Below are positions 37,785-48,987 of a DNA stretch of 64,000 bases, one piece after another; within the stretch, counting starts at the first letter, position 1, and each line of letters starts with the position of its first letter. The DNA comes from an uncultured Thermoplasmata archaeon. Lineage in GTDB: Archaea > Thermoplasmatota > Thermoplasmata > Lutacidiplasmatales > UBA184. The translations under genes were made by a program, and so were the position numbers. The notes under the pieces are model-generated. The model was given only the letters and a program-made list of their open reading frames with translations. It made no database searches and was not told the DNA's origin. The DNA is taken from NCBI GenBank assembly GCA_963708255.1, contig CAVPSE010000005.1:182347-246346 (forward strand). Direction: 5' to 3'.

Positions 37785-38687
37785 CGTTCGGGTTCAGCTG
37801 GAACCTCGTCACCGACCTGCGGGTCATGTGGCAGTTCGAGTTCATGCGCAACGCCTTCGAGGCGGGAACGATCATCGCCATCGTCGCAGGGATCATCGGC
37901 TACTTCGTGGTCCTCCGCCGGTCGGCGTTCGCCACGCACGCCCTCGGACATGTGGGGTTCTCGGGGGCTGCCGGCGCGGTCTTCCTCGGAGTGAACCCGG
38001 TCTTTGGGCTGCTAGCGTTCACCATGTCGGGGGCCGCCGGGATGGCCGCTGTTAGGGCGGCGGGCCGCGGCGCGGGACATGGAGATCGGCACGGTCCTCG
38101 CGTTCATGCTGGCCCTCGGGCTCCTCTTCCTGAGCCTGTACAAGGGATTCGCGACGGAGGCGTACTCGATCCTCTTCGGAGAGGTCCTGGGGATCAGCGA
38201 CGCGGGTGTGATCTTCACCCTGGAGGCGAGCGTCGTCGTCCTGGCCGTTCTGCTTCTGATCTACCGCCGCCTGCTCTTCGCTTCCCTCGACGAGGACGTG
38301 GCGGAAGCGAAGGGGCTTCCGATGCTGTCCCTGGGCCTCGCGTTCATGCTCCTGCTGGCGGTGTCGATCTCGATCGCGGTCCAGGTCATCGGCGTTCTGC
38401 TGATCTTCGCGCTGATGGTGACCCCCGCGGCGACGGCCGTTCGACTGACGCGGAGCCCGCTCACGGCGATTCTCGTATCCATCTCCGTCGCGGTCTTCTC
38501 GGTCTGGCTCGGTCTGTCAATCGCCTTCTTCTCGGTCGAGCCGTATCCCGCGAGCTTCTTCATCGTTACGACCTCGTTCCTCCTCTACGTAGCGGTTCGC
38601 GGCGCGGGCGCGCTTCGGGGACGGTTGGTGCCTCGGACGACGCGCGATGTGCATGCCGGCGCGTCGATGGGACGGGGTCCGGATTAG
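37781..38687 (+). CDS. Metal ABC importer permease (TroC/ZnuB-like); frameshift near 38060
   Basis: MTFGFSWNLVTDLRVMWQFEFMRNAFEAGTIIAIVAGIIGYFVVLRR... then ...LAFMLALGLLFLSLYKG...LIFALMVTPAATAVRLT in ORF 38079..38687. Confidence 0.65.
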
Positions 38688-38958
38688 AATCGACGGATGC
38701 CTAGGCCTGGCCCGCCAGCCGGGGACGGTCCGTCGCGGCCGCCGCCCGGGACCGGGAAGAAGCTTCGGGGAGAGGACGGAGGAGGAACCGAACGGCCCCA
38801 TCGGCTCCCCGAGGCCCCGACGGTGCGGGTCTGCCTGCCGTGAGAGATCGCACCTAACGGCGAGGTGCGGACCCACAGTGGGGTGGGCCCCCCTACCTTG
38901 GGCGTTCGGGACATAGGATGCGAACCGCCGGAGTGTTCGAACTCGTCCTACGCCGTGC

Positions 38959-39053
38959 TCAAACCAGATGAAATGGTTGGGTACGGCGAGAGGTATTCGA
39001 ACCGCCCGGCGGTTCAAATATCGTGAAAGGTGGACCTGCCGAAGGGGTCCACC
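38959..39053 (-). repeat. att-like repeat B (tRNA-Leu 3'-end/trailer copy) ending in a strong hairpin between convergent genes
   Basis: ccagatgaaatggttgggtacggcgagaggtattcgaaccgcccggcggttcaaatatcgtgaaagg followed by GGTGGACC-TGCCGAAGG-GGTCCACC. Confidence 0.55.
39029..39053. terminator. Perfect 8-bp stem hairpin between the convergent metal-permease and ClC genes (possible bidirectional terminator)
   Basis: ggtggacctgccgaaggggtccacc sits between the 3' ends of 37781..38687(+) and 39088..40564(-). Confidence 0.35.
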
Positions 39054-39087
39054 GCCAGGCGGTCGGTCATGGGGCGTGGGAGGGGCC

Positions 39088-40564
39088 TCAGTCCGATTCG
39101 AGGTCCGGAGGGTGGAAGAGGCGGGCATACTCTTCGCGATGGGCGGGACTATCAAGGCGGGTGTGGACCTGGGCCCGGTAGAGGTGGTTCTTGCCGGTCG
39201 CGATGTACGCGATGAAGATGGCGATCATGGCGGGCGCGAGTATCTCGTAACTCCCCGTCATCTCGACCGCCATGACAAGGACCGCGAGGGGGGCCTTGGA
39301 AATCCCACCAAAGAAGGTCATCATCCCCACGATCGCGAAGGCGGAGATGGCCCCGACATCGAAGAAGTTCGGCAGGAGCGAGTGGAATGCGGCACCGACG
39401 CTCGCCCCGATCATCGATCCGATCACGACCGAGGTGCCGAACAGGCCCGCGGCTCCCCCACTCCCCACCGTGAGTGATGTCGTGACCATTCGAAGGGGGA
39501 TCGCGACCGCCAAGGCAACCAACCCGAGCGGAACGAGCGCTGTGAGGCCTACTTGGCCCAGCACGACGGCCTGTACGAAACCGTAGCCCACATTTACCGC
39601 GGACAGCGCGGCGAAGTGCCCCTGCCAAGGCAGGAGGAAGTAGACCGCGAGGATCGCGAGCCCGGAGAGCCCGGTACCGACCGCGACCCGTACGGACAGA
39701 GGCCATGGAAGCGCCGCGAACCGTCGATGGGTGCCCCAGAACAGGCGCACAAAGACGACCCCGACCCCGGCGCACAGCAGCCCGAGAAGGACGTAGAACG
39801 GGAGTTGAACGGGATTCCAGTCGAGGTTGGCGGGGGTCCCGAACAGGGTGCCGAAACCGTAGATCGAGGCGTAAATCGAGTAGCTTGCTACCGAAGCGAT
39901 GATCGAAGGCACGAACACCGCGGGTTCGAAATCGCCCGTGTACATGATCTTCGGCCGCGAAGATCGCGCCTCCGAGGGGCGCACGGAAGATCGCACCCAC
40001 TCCGGCTCCGAGGCCCGTGGCAAGTGCAATGCGCCTGTCCCGGTCGCCGAGACGGAGCTGATCGGCCCACCAAGACCCGAACCCGGTGCCGATCTGGGAG
40101 GTTGGCCCCTCGCGTCCTCCGCTTCCACCCGACCCGAGGGTTAGCGCCGAGGCGATCATCTTCAGGATCGGGACTCGGCCACGGATCTCCCCGCCCCGAT
40201 TGTGGAAGGAGTCGATCGTCGCGTCCGTTCCGTGTCCGGCGACCTCGGGCGCCAGATATTGGGCGATCAGGCCGGCCCCGAGGCCCCCAAGCGCCATGAT
40301 GACCGGGAGCAGAAGGATTCGGGGGAAGCTGCTCGACCAGATGACGATCTGGGCCCCCGAGGCCCCCGGGTAGGGATAGCCGATGCCGACGATGTAAGCG
40401 AGGAAGAACTGGGTGGACTCGCTCCAGAGGAAGAAGAACAATGACGCCCCGACGCCCGCCACGATTCCGATCGGAACCGCGACGGCGGCCCAGTGGGCGA
40501 GGTCCCGGGACGCCCCGGACCACCCCGTCTGACTGGCGGTCCGTAGAGCATTCCACAGCCGCAT
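39088..40564 (-). CDS. ClC-family voltage-gated chloride channel / H+-Cl- antiporter; frameshift near 39960
   Basis: GSGGREGP (selectivity filter GSGIP-like) and GGAIFAAE in ORF 39152..40564. C-terminal TM helices ...GTPANLDWNPVQLPFYVLLGLLCAGVGVVFV...GMMTFFGGISKAPLAVLVMAVEMTG in ORF 39088..40128. Confidence 0.65.
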
Positions 40565-40687
40565 GGGCCATTGCCGGTACTCCGAAACAGCTGAGGCGTG
40601 AGGCGAATCGGGAGCTCGATGGAGCCGGAGGCCGATCCGGCGCGTCGGGTGTCGACACGATGTGACTCTCGCAGGTCCCGTGCGGTC

Positions 40688-43258
40688 CTAAGACCCTAGT
40701 GGTTGGCCAGCAGGGAGGTCGAAGCCGTCGAGGACCTTCCCCGGTGGCGCGACGGGAAAAACCATCGCCACGGGTATCGTGCAACGAGGGCTGCTGCCGG
40801 GGACCGACGCATTGTTCTCTGCCTCGCCTGGTCGCTCCACCGGTACGCCCATCGCTTTACGAGGTCCGCGACGAGCATCTCGGTGGCCGCGTACCCCCAG
40901 ATCGCCAGGATACCACAGGGGAGGAACGGCGCTCAGGAGCCAGCCCTCGAAGGCGAGGAGGGATGCGATGAGTTGCGTCCCGAGCACACTGAACACAAGC
41001 AGATTGGCCGGACGGGACCTCCAGAAAGGCCCCTCGGTCCGGGTGAGGAATATGACGAAGTGGCCTGCCACCGAGAGCTTGAGGTAGATCAGCGTCTGGA
41101 GGGCGCCGCCCGAGATGTGGAAAGTGCCGATCGCGAGCAGGAGGAGGAGAAAACTGGAGGCCACCCCCGTGACGCCAATGGAGGTCGCCACTCGCATGAC
41201 GCGTCCCATCCGCCACGAGACCGGTCTGGGGGAGATCGGGGTTCGGTCGTACGCGATCGCCAGGATCGCCCCGTCGTTCAGGAGGGCGATGAGCACGATC
41301 ATGATGGCCGTCACGGGGAAGAACCCGAGCAGGAGGATCGAGAGCGTGATGAACATCAGCAGTCGGATGGTCTCCTCGATCCGGTAGATGGCGTAAGAGG
41401 TCATGCGCGCGAACGTCTGTCGCGCTTGCTGGATCGCCGTCAGAATGACGCCCAGTCCCGGGGCCGTCAGGACGACGGCCGCGGCGGCGCGGGCGGCGTC
41501 CGTCGCCCCCGCGACCGCGATGCCGACATCCGCCTTCTTCAGCGCCGGGGCATCGTTGACCCCGTCCCCGGTCATCCCGACGATGTGGCCCTGCCGTTGG
41601 AGCTCTTCGACGATGGCGTACTTGTGTTCGGGAAAGACCTGGGCGAACACTGTGGCGGATCCGACTAAGCGGGCGCGTCGCTGCGGGTCGGCTTCACGAG
41701 TCCACTCCTCGGGAACCCTGACCTCCCCGACAAGGCCTAGCTGCTTAGCGGTCTCCCGCGCGATCGCAGCCTGGTCGCCCGTGACCATCTTGACTTGGAC
41801 CCCGAGCTCCCGAAGGCCCGCCAGCACCTCCGTCGAGTCAGGGCGGAGCGGATCGAACAGGGGGATAACTCCGAGGTACCGCCATGGGCCATCCCCCTCA
41901 GCCTTGGCGACCCCGAGGGCCCGGAAGCCACGGCGCGCGATCTCCGCCACGGCGTGATCGAGCGCCGCTGTGAGGCTGGCTGTTGACCCAACGAGGGCCA
42001 GGATGGCCTGGGGGGCCCCCTTGCTCACATGGATTCGCCGGCCGTCGGAGGTGCGAACCTCGGCCTCGGTCCGCTTCCGCACCGGGTCGAACGGGTCGAA
42101 CCGGACTCGCTCGATCCCCTCCGCAACGTTGGGGGCCCCCCGGGGCGCCCAGGATGGCGTCATCGATCGGGTCGTGGTCTTCCACCCGGGATGCGAGCAC
42201 GGCAGCCTCCAGCAGCTCGGACCTTGTCGCGTCACCAAGTGGCAATGGGTCCCCGACCGTCAGCTGGTTCTGGGTTAGGGTGCCCGTCTTGTCCGAGCAG
42301 AGCACGTCGACGCCCGGCGAGCTCCTCCAGGGCCTCGAGCCGGCTCACAATGGCCTTTCTGCTGGCGAGGGAGCGGGCGCCCACCGCCATCGTCACGGAG
42401 AGCACGGTCGGCATGGCAACGGGGATGGCCGCGATCGTCAGGACCAGGGCAAACTGCAGCGACGTCAGCAGGTCGACGCCACGGAAGAGCGAGACAGCCT
42501 CGATGACGATCGCGAGCCCGATGGCCAGGGCGATGAGCGTGTCCCCGATCCCTAGGACTGCTCGCTGCAAGTGGCTCACCGAGTGAGCCTCGGCCACGAG
42601 CTGGGCGGTTCGACCGAGGAATGTCCTGGCCCCGATCGCGGTCACGCGAGCCGTACCCTCACCCCGTCGGACGATCGCCCCGGAATACGCCGAGTCTCTC
42701 GGCCCCCGGGTCACGCTCAGCGACTCCCCGGTAAGGGCCGACTGGTCAAGCTCGAGGGTCGCGCCTGGCAGGAGCACGACATCAGCCGGCACGATGTCGC
42801 CCATCCGGAGGCGAACGATGTCGTCGGGGACGAGCTCCCCGGCTCGGGAGGGAGAGCCAGTGGCCGCTCCGTAGGACCCGGGCCTGCGGGGCTAGGTGGG
42901 CCTTCAGCGCGGCGACCGCGTTGCCTGCCTGGTACTCCTCCCAGAATCCAACGACGGCGTTTACGAGCAACAGAGTTAGGATGATCGCAAAATCATCCCA
43001 GTGCTGCAAGATGGCGGCCAGGACCAGGGCTGCTTCGATCATCCAGGGGATCGGCCCCCAGAAGTAGCCCAAGAGACGCCGCCATCCACTCACCTTTCGT
43101 TCAACGACTTCGTTGAACCCTTCCCCGGCCCGCCGAGTGGCGACGTCGGAGGCGGAAAGGCCGAGCGGGCCGGCCGAAACTTTCGGGGGGCGGGTCAAGC
43201 CGGTGGGAGGGGGTGTCGCCGCGCCGCCGGCGGAAGCGGGTTTGCCGTCCCCCGACAC
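40688..43258 (-). CDS. P-type ATPase (plasma-membrane H+/cation ATPase-like, P3A-like); split into four ORF fragments by frame changes
   Basis: N-terminus in 42782..43258 (GFNEVVERKVSGWRRLLGYFWGPIPWMIEAAL). TGES and M4 in 42232..42804. DKTGTLT phosphorylation motif in 41898..42305. MTGDQAAIARETAKQLGL and GDGVNDAPALKKADVGIAVAG in 40688..42238. Confidence 0.6.
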
Positions 43259-43636
43259 GACCTCTCCGGTCCCCCGGGTGAGCCTCTCGCTACCCTGCCC
43301 AGTCCGGACGAGGGGGAGAAGATCGCCCGCTTGCGGGGCGGACTCCGACCGGGGTGCTTAGCGGCGACGGTCGCGAGCGCCGGCCGGACGCCGTTGGCCC
43401 GCTGCCTCGCGGGTCAGCGGCTGAGCGATGGCAGAGGAAGGGTACCCGGGCGCGATCGCACCGTCCCCGCAGGGTGTAGACCCGACTCTTGCGGACGGGC
43501 TCGGAGGAATCATTGAATCGTTGAGATGCCAGACTTCCGACAGTTCAAGTCGAGCGGCCCGCCCGTTGGTGGGGGGTCAGGTACGGGGGCGGAGGAGTCG
43601 AACGGGTCTAGGGCGTCGCGCACGTTCCGCGCCGCG

Positions 43637-43712
43637 CTCAAAGTATATGAAATGGTTAGGTGGGGGGAGAGGTTTTCGAACCGCCCGACGGTTCAGATAT
43701 GGTGGAACGTGG
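43637..43712 (-). repeat. att-like repeat C (tRNA-Leu 3'-end/trailer copy)
   Basis: ctcaaagtatatgaaatggttaggtggggggagaggttttcgaaccgcccgacggttcagatatggtggaacgtgg. Confidence 0.55.
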
Positions 43713-44096
43713 GCACTTCCGGGGCGTTGGTTGGATATCGAATTCCTTGCGACGGTCGCCGCCTCCCCCTCGGAGGCAGTTCCGTTGCCGCCGGCAATCC
43801 GTCCCCTCCAGGCTGGGGTCCTCACGGGCCGGAACCCCGCCCCTCGCACCCACGGCCGCCGCGGGGCCATGGCACCGTGTCGGGGACCGAGGGGGGGTCG
43901 ATCCCCCAGTGCCCAAGCGCGCCCCCACGATCAGCGCTCGCTCACGGGGTTGGACGGGCGGCTCGGGCGACCGTCACACTCGGCGGTCGAGTGACACTTC
44001 CGGGGGTCGGTTATATACCCGGATTCGGCGAGACCATCGACTGTCCTGTTCCGAGCCGGGAGTCCCGGAACACCAGTCCAACGGAACGCTCAGTGA

Positions 44097-46191
44097 AAGA
44101 TGTTCAGGCGGCGTCGTCTGGCGGGGAGCAGCCTAGAGGCCATCGGGCCGGTCCCGCCGTTCCGTGGCTCGGGATTGTGGGGGTCATGGTGGTCGTGGTG
44201 CTGCTCGCAGCGCCGTCAGTGCCTGTCCCCCCCGTCGGTGCCGGCCCCCTCGCCGTGGCGTCCGCTTCATTGGTCGGCGCCTCGCCCTCTGCTCCTGGGG
44301 GCCATCTGGTCTCGTACAGTTCTAGCGTCGACGGGTGGCCGCTCAGCTACGAGGAGTGGCTTCCGACCGGGTACACCTCCGGGAGTTCGTACCCGCTCGC
44401 CGTCTATCTCCATGGGGAGGTCGGCCAGTCCGGGACCTGGGTCCGCGGCGGAGTCGTCTCCGGGCTGATGGCGACCGCGTGGGGCACCACCTTGATCCAG
44501 GCGGCTCGGTCCCACGGCTTCCTCCTCATCGCACTCAACACCAGGACTGGCGACGGGTTCTACGTCAACAGCCCGTTCACTGGGCCCCAACAGACGGACG
44601 TCCTCGACGCGATCGCCCACGAGGAGGAGATCCGCTCGGTGGCGTCCCTCTACCTGGTCGGCGATAGCATGGGGAGCGTCGGTGCACTTCAGATCGCGGA
44701 CCATCTGCCCGGGGCGTTCGCGGGGATCGGCTCCATCGAGGGGTGCACGGACGTTTTCGAGATGCTGCAGTGGCGGAACACGCAGCACCAATCGGGCCCC
44801 GTCGCCCAGACGCTGCAGTCGAGCGGCGGCCAATGGCCCAACGGCAGTGCGGTCGCGGCCGGCCTGTTCTACTATGAAAGCGCGGCCCGCTTCTTTCCCG
44901 GGAACCTGACGAACCTCCGGCTGTACTATGCAGCCGGCGGGCAAGCACGGTCCTGCCCTTCGAACGCCTCCGTGTACGCCTTTCAGCAGGCGAACAACAC
45001 GATCCTTCGCCCGAGCTGCCTCGTGGCCGCGCGGGTCGCGGAGCCGGCCAATTGCACGGGACCGCTCGCGACGCTGTCGGGTAACGAGCCCGGCAGCTAC
45101 CTCTGGCGGTATGATTACGTGGCCAATGGTACGCACAACGGCTCCATCCTCGATGCCGCCGATATGCTGGCTTTCTGGGCGGGGTCGGTCCCGGGAGGCG
45201 TCGTCTGCGGCCTCCCCGGCGCGACCCCGGTGCCGTGCGCGCGGCCTGGGGTCGCCACCAGCCCATTCACGACCCAGTACTATGACTCCAGCGTCGACGG
45301 GGCGCTCCTCTCGTACTGCGAGTGGCTTCCCTCATCGGTACAGCGCCGCCGAGCGGTACCCTGTCCTTCTCTACCTCCATGGGAAGGGGTATCAAGGGAA
45401 TTCTCTCTACACGGATACCGACGGGGTCACCCTGATCCAGGACGCCCTCGCTGACGGGTTCATCGTCCTATCCTTGAACACCCGAACATCAGGGGGCTTC
45501 TACGTGAACTCCCTCTACACCGGACCGCAGGAGCAGGACGTCCTCGACGCGATCGCGCACGCGAAAACCCTCCGGTCCGTCTCCCAACTGTGGCTCACCG
45601 GAGTGTCGATGGGCACGATGGGCGCCTTCTCACTGGTCGCGCACCACCCCGGCCTGATCCGCGGGATCGGCGTCATCGCATCCTGCTCGGATCTCTATGA
45701 GGTCCAGGCGTACAAGATCGCCACGAACCAGAGCAGTGATTTCGACGACTTCCTCAACACGACCGGCGGCTATCTGGCGAACCAGTCCCTGTCTGCGGCC
45801 GCCGAGACGTACTACCTTTCCTCCTTGCGGTTCTACCCACAGAACTTCTCGCAGGTCCGTATCTACGCCGCGCAGGGCGGTGACGATCTCTCCTGTCCGA
45901 ACAATCCGGCGTTGTGGGGCTACCAGCAGGCGAACAATACGTTCGTCAACTCCACCTGCCTCGTGGCGACCAATCTCTCGGAACCGGCCCAGTGCACCCG
46001 CCCGCTGGCGACCCTGGCGGCCCGAAACCCCGGGAAGTACCAGTTCCGGTACCGTTTACGTCGCGAACGGCACCCACACTTTGGACATCCTGGATCCGGC
46101 CGACATGCTGGCGTACTTCCTCGGTAACGAATCGAACGGGATCTACTTGTCGAGCCCTGGCGGGGTCCCGTATCCATCGGGCCCCGGATAG
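44097..46191 (+). CDS. Secreted protein with two tandem alpha/beta-hydrolase (esterase / PHB-depolymerase-like) domains; frame changes near 45330 and 46050
   Basis: Domain 1: YPLAVYLHGEVGQSG...LYLVGDSMGSVGALQIADHLPG. Domain 2: YPVLLYLHGKGYQGN...LWLTGVSMGTMGAFSLVAHHPG in ORF 44928..46127. The tail ...VYVANGTHTLDILDPADMLAYFLG mirrors ...YDYVANGTHNGSILDAADMLAFWAG of domain 1. Confidence 0.55.
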
Positions 46192-46360
46192 CACTCGCGT
46201 CCGCCCGGGCGGTCACCCCGCTGCCGGCCGGATTCCATCGGCCCTTGATGGAGTCACGCTCCGGGTCGTGCTCCGCGTCGTGCTCGAGGCGCAGGAACGG
46301 GTAGAGGCGGGGAGTGGACTCGCAGGGGGCCATGAACACGTTCCACCCCACGGTCAGGCG

Positions 46361-46427
46361 ATACGAAATGGTTGGAATCCGGGGGGAGGAACTCGAACTG
46401 CCAGTCGGCTCAAATCCCCTCGCGGGG
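46361..46427 (-). repeat. att-like repeat D (diverged tRNA-Leu 3'-end/trailer copy)
   Basis: gatacgaaatggttggaatccggggggaggaactcgaactgccagtcggctcaaatcccctcgcgggg. Confidence 0.45.
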
Positions 46428-46996
46428 ACGGCCTGGAGCACCTGGGCGGTCGGGAGATCCACCCGGTCAGCCGGCCCTCGCCGCTGTACCCGGAGCTCCC
46501 CCTCACCTGTCACCAGCAGAATGTGCTCATCTCTCGGACCGACATAATGATTCAATCATGAGTGCTGCCGATCGGATGTCCAGCATCCCAGCCCACCAGT
46601 CTACCATTGCGCTTCTCCAGCGGCTAAAGCCCAAATCGAAGAACTGGGACGACTTCCTGCTCTCTTCAGGTCGCCTTCTTGGGCACCTTCCCGACGTTCG
46701 TAAGGCACCCTTGGCGGGCGAGCCCTGAGTTGGATGTGGCGCCTCTGAGGGATATGCCCGAGCGCTGGCGTTGGAAGGTGGCCGGCGGTCACCGAGGATC
46801 TACCGCATCGTCCAGGGTTTGCCAGAATTCGAAATGTTCGAGACGCGCTATCAGGTGTACGCTCGACTCCGTCGCTATCTGGCCGGCAAGCCCTGACTCG
46901 TAAGGAGCCGTTCATTGGCGCCGACGCCATGGGTGTAACCAGAGCGGATCTCAGACAACTAGCCCGCGAGGGCTCGGGCACCTTTCACGGCACTCG

Positions 46997-47070
46997 CAAA
47001 GTAGATGAAAGAGTTCGATGCGGGGAGAGGTATTCGAACCGCCCGGCGGTTCAAACATCGCGGGAGGTGG
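46997..47070 (-). repeat. att-like repeat E (tRNA-Leu 3'-end/trailer copy)
   Basis: caaagtagatgaaagagttcgatgcggggagaggtattcgaaccgcccggcggttcaaacatcgcgggaggtgg. Confidence 0.55.
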
Positions 47071-47244
47071 CCCGCGCCGGAGTTTTCTCGCAGGGCCCCC
47101 CGGGAGATCGTCGTCCTAGGTCGGACCGCTTGGAGTGGGCGGTTCCCAACCAAAACCTGCGCAGTCCGCCTCCACCGAGAGACGGCACCACCATCGTGAA
47201 GAGGGGGGGGTATGCGTATATAGGGAGGGTGTGTATGAATGCAT

Positions 47245-47546
47245 CCATGGCGATATCGGCGAGGGCCCCGCGGCCGGTCTTCTCTCGGCCGCGGGCCAAT
47301 CCCACGCTCGAGACGATCGAGTACATCCGAGCCGCCCTTCAGGGGTCCGATGGGCCCGTGAGCCGGAACCGGCTCCTCGATCAGCTCGCGGAATGGGGGC
47401 ATTCAACCTCGCGTCAGAGCCTCAACGCGGCGGTTGCCTTCCTGGCCGCCGACGGAAATGTTGTCGAGGGAAGCAAAGGGATACTCTGGGTTCCCCCGGC
47501 GTCGGCCCAGCTACGTGAGATCATCCTCACCGGCGAGCGGCTCTGA
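47245..47546 (+). CDS. Small winged-helix-like protein, paralog of 34373..34714
   Basis: MNASMAIS...TLETIEYIRAALQGSDGPVSRNRLLDQLAEWGHSTSRQSLNAAVAFLAADGNVVEGSKGILW. A gggaggg SD-like stretch 6 nt upstream of the ATG. Confidence 0.5.
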
Positions 47547-47593
47547 CGCATCCGGGCGCCGAGGAGATCGTTCTCTCCCCGTCGGCGGCCTCG

Positions 47594-47899
47594 GTGCTCC
47601 GGTCTCTGGAAGGCTCCACGACGAAGGACGCAGGCTCGATCGCCCATCGGGTCCACGAGCTTAGGAAGGTGCTTCTGGCCGACTGCCTCCACGGAGAAGT
47701 CGTCAGGAAGCGCTCGATTCCACGCCCACTCCGGGACCGGTACGGGGTCTCGAACCTTTTCGTGGAGGACCTCCCGTCATTCTGGAGACTCCTCTACACG
47801 GTGGTTCATGAGGGCCCCGAGCGGCACGTGGTCGTTCTCGAGATCGTAGACCATCGCGTCTACGACCGCTGGTTTCCGGGAAGAGGACGTGGTCGATAG
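47594..47899 (+). CDS. RelE/ParE-superfamily toxin-like protein
   Basis: ...IPRPLRDRYGVSNLFVEDLPSFWRLLYTVVHEGPERHVVVLEIVDHRVYDRWF matches the RelE/ParE C-terminal pattern (…LYRV…V.VL.I.HRKD.Y). Confidence 0.5.
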   Translation: MLRSLEGSTTKDAGSIAHRVHELRKVLLADCLHGEVVRKRSIPRPLRDRYGVSNLFVEDLPSFWRLLYTVVHEGPERHVVVLEIVDHRVYDRWFPGRGRGR

Positions 47900-48003
47900 C
47901 GCCCTTCGGATCCGAACCTTCTCCCGGCGGCGAAGTTCGCGCCCTGTCCGTGCGGGGGGCCCGCCTCGAGCGTCCTTGGGCTCCTTTCACCTTCCTCGTC
48001 GCG

Positions 48004-48079
48004 CTCAAAGTAAATGAATGGGTTCGATGCGGGGAGAGGGATTCGAACCGCCCGGCGGTTCAAATATCGTGAAGGAAGG
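48004..48079 (-). repeat. att-like repeat F (closest copy of the tRNA-Leu 3'-end/trailer)
   Basis: ctcaaagtaaatgaatgggttcgatgcggggagagggattcgaaccgcccggcggttcaaatatcgtgaaggaagg. The minus strand has ...GGTTCGAATCCCTCTCCCCGCATCGAACCCATTCAT. Confidence 0.6.
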
Positions 48080-48274
48080 CCCATCGAAAGGGTCCGTTGC
48101 GCGGTGTGCCGGGGCGGGCGCAATTGACGGGATCGGGACCCGCGGCCAGGGCGGTCGCGAGAGTCTTTCCCGGTGTACCGCTTAGGGCCTTTCCGGAATA
48201 CGGCAACCAATTCGCTCCTCACGCGCTAGGTGGTCCCAAATCAGCTGTCCGGGGTCCCCCGGTGAAACCGCCGA

Positions 48275-48625
48275 TTAGACTGGACCGACTCGGGAGGCAT
48301 CTTCCTCGGCGAGGGCGGCTCGCAATCGCTTGAGTTTGTCGTAGAACTCGGGAAGTCGGAAGCCGAACCCTATGAAGACCAGGACGGCCCCTCTCCGATA
48401 GAAGACTCCCCGCCAGAGCTCGCCGACGTGGAGTGAGAACAGGCCCTCAGGAGCCACCCGCTGTCGTTGACGCAGTTCCTCGGTGTACCAGCCCCGTGCT
48501 GATGTGACTGGCGAATCGGAGACCGAGAGCTCGCGGAAGGCCGTAATGAAAACGTCCCGCACCTCCGGGGGCAGAGCTAGGAACTCGATGTCCGCCTCGT
48601 CGATGCTCTCGAGGGTGAATGGCAC
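48275..48625 (-). CDS. RelE/ParE-like toxin (type II TA module)
   Basis: ...LFSLHVGELWRGVFYRRGAVLVFIGFGFRLPEFYDKL. The upstream small gene overlaps its start. Confidence 0.45.
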   Translation of the reverse strand: MPFTLESIDEADIEFLALPPEVRDVFITAFRELSVSDSPVTSARGWYTEELRQRQRVAPEGLFSLHVGELWRGVFYRRGAVLVFIGFGFRLPEFYDKLKRLRAALAEEDASRVGPV

Positions 48626-48867
48626 GGCTGGCTCAGTACCGGCTGCGCGCGGCTTTGCGCGATCAGATGCTCGATCGGATGGGACTTCCCCTCCCGGATG
48701 CGCCGGGCCAGCTCAGCTGCCGCCAGTTGGGTCGGGTGGGCCACAAGAAGCCCGCGAATGACCTCGTCGTACGTGGAGCCGCCGGTCTTGAGGCTCTCAA
48801 GGAGCTTCCGCGTCTCGGCTGATACGGTAATTGTGGTAGCCGCCATAGTCCGATCCAATTGACTCAA
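48577..48867 (-). CDS. Putative antitoxin of the adjacent RelE/ParE-like toxin
   Basis: MAATTITVSAETRKLLESLKTGGSTYDEVIRGLLVAHP... is antitoxin-like. The 3' end overlaps the toxin start by about 48 nt. Confidence 0.4.
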   Translation of the reverse strand: MSQLDRTMAATTITVSAETRKLLESLKTGGSTYDEVIRGLLVAHPTQLAAAELARRIREGKSHPIEHLIAQSRAQPVLSQPCHSPSRASTRRTSSS

Positions 48868-48987
48868 TGGCTATCAGCCACTTAACTCTGTCGCGGACCC
48901 GGTCGCGCAAACGCTGGGCTCCCCGACGTCGCCAGGATCGGCTGGGCACCGGCCGCTAGGATTGGATTGACCGTCGCCTCCTAAAGG

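Noticed and set aside
46559-46903. Programmed stop-codon read-through joining 46559..46729 to the downstream frame
   Set aside because: An in-frame continuation after the TGA exists, but there is no supporting context (no Sec or Pyl machinery is visible, and there are no homologs). It is more likely two fragments of a decayed gene.
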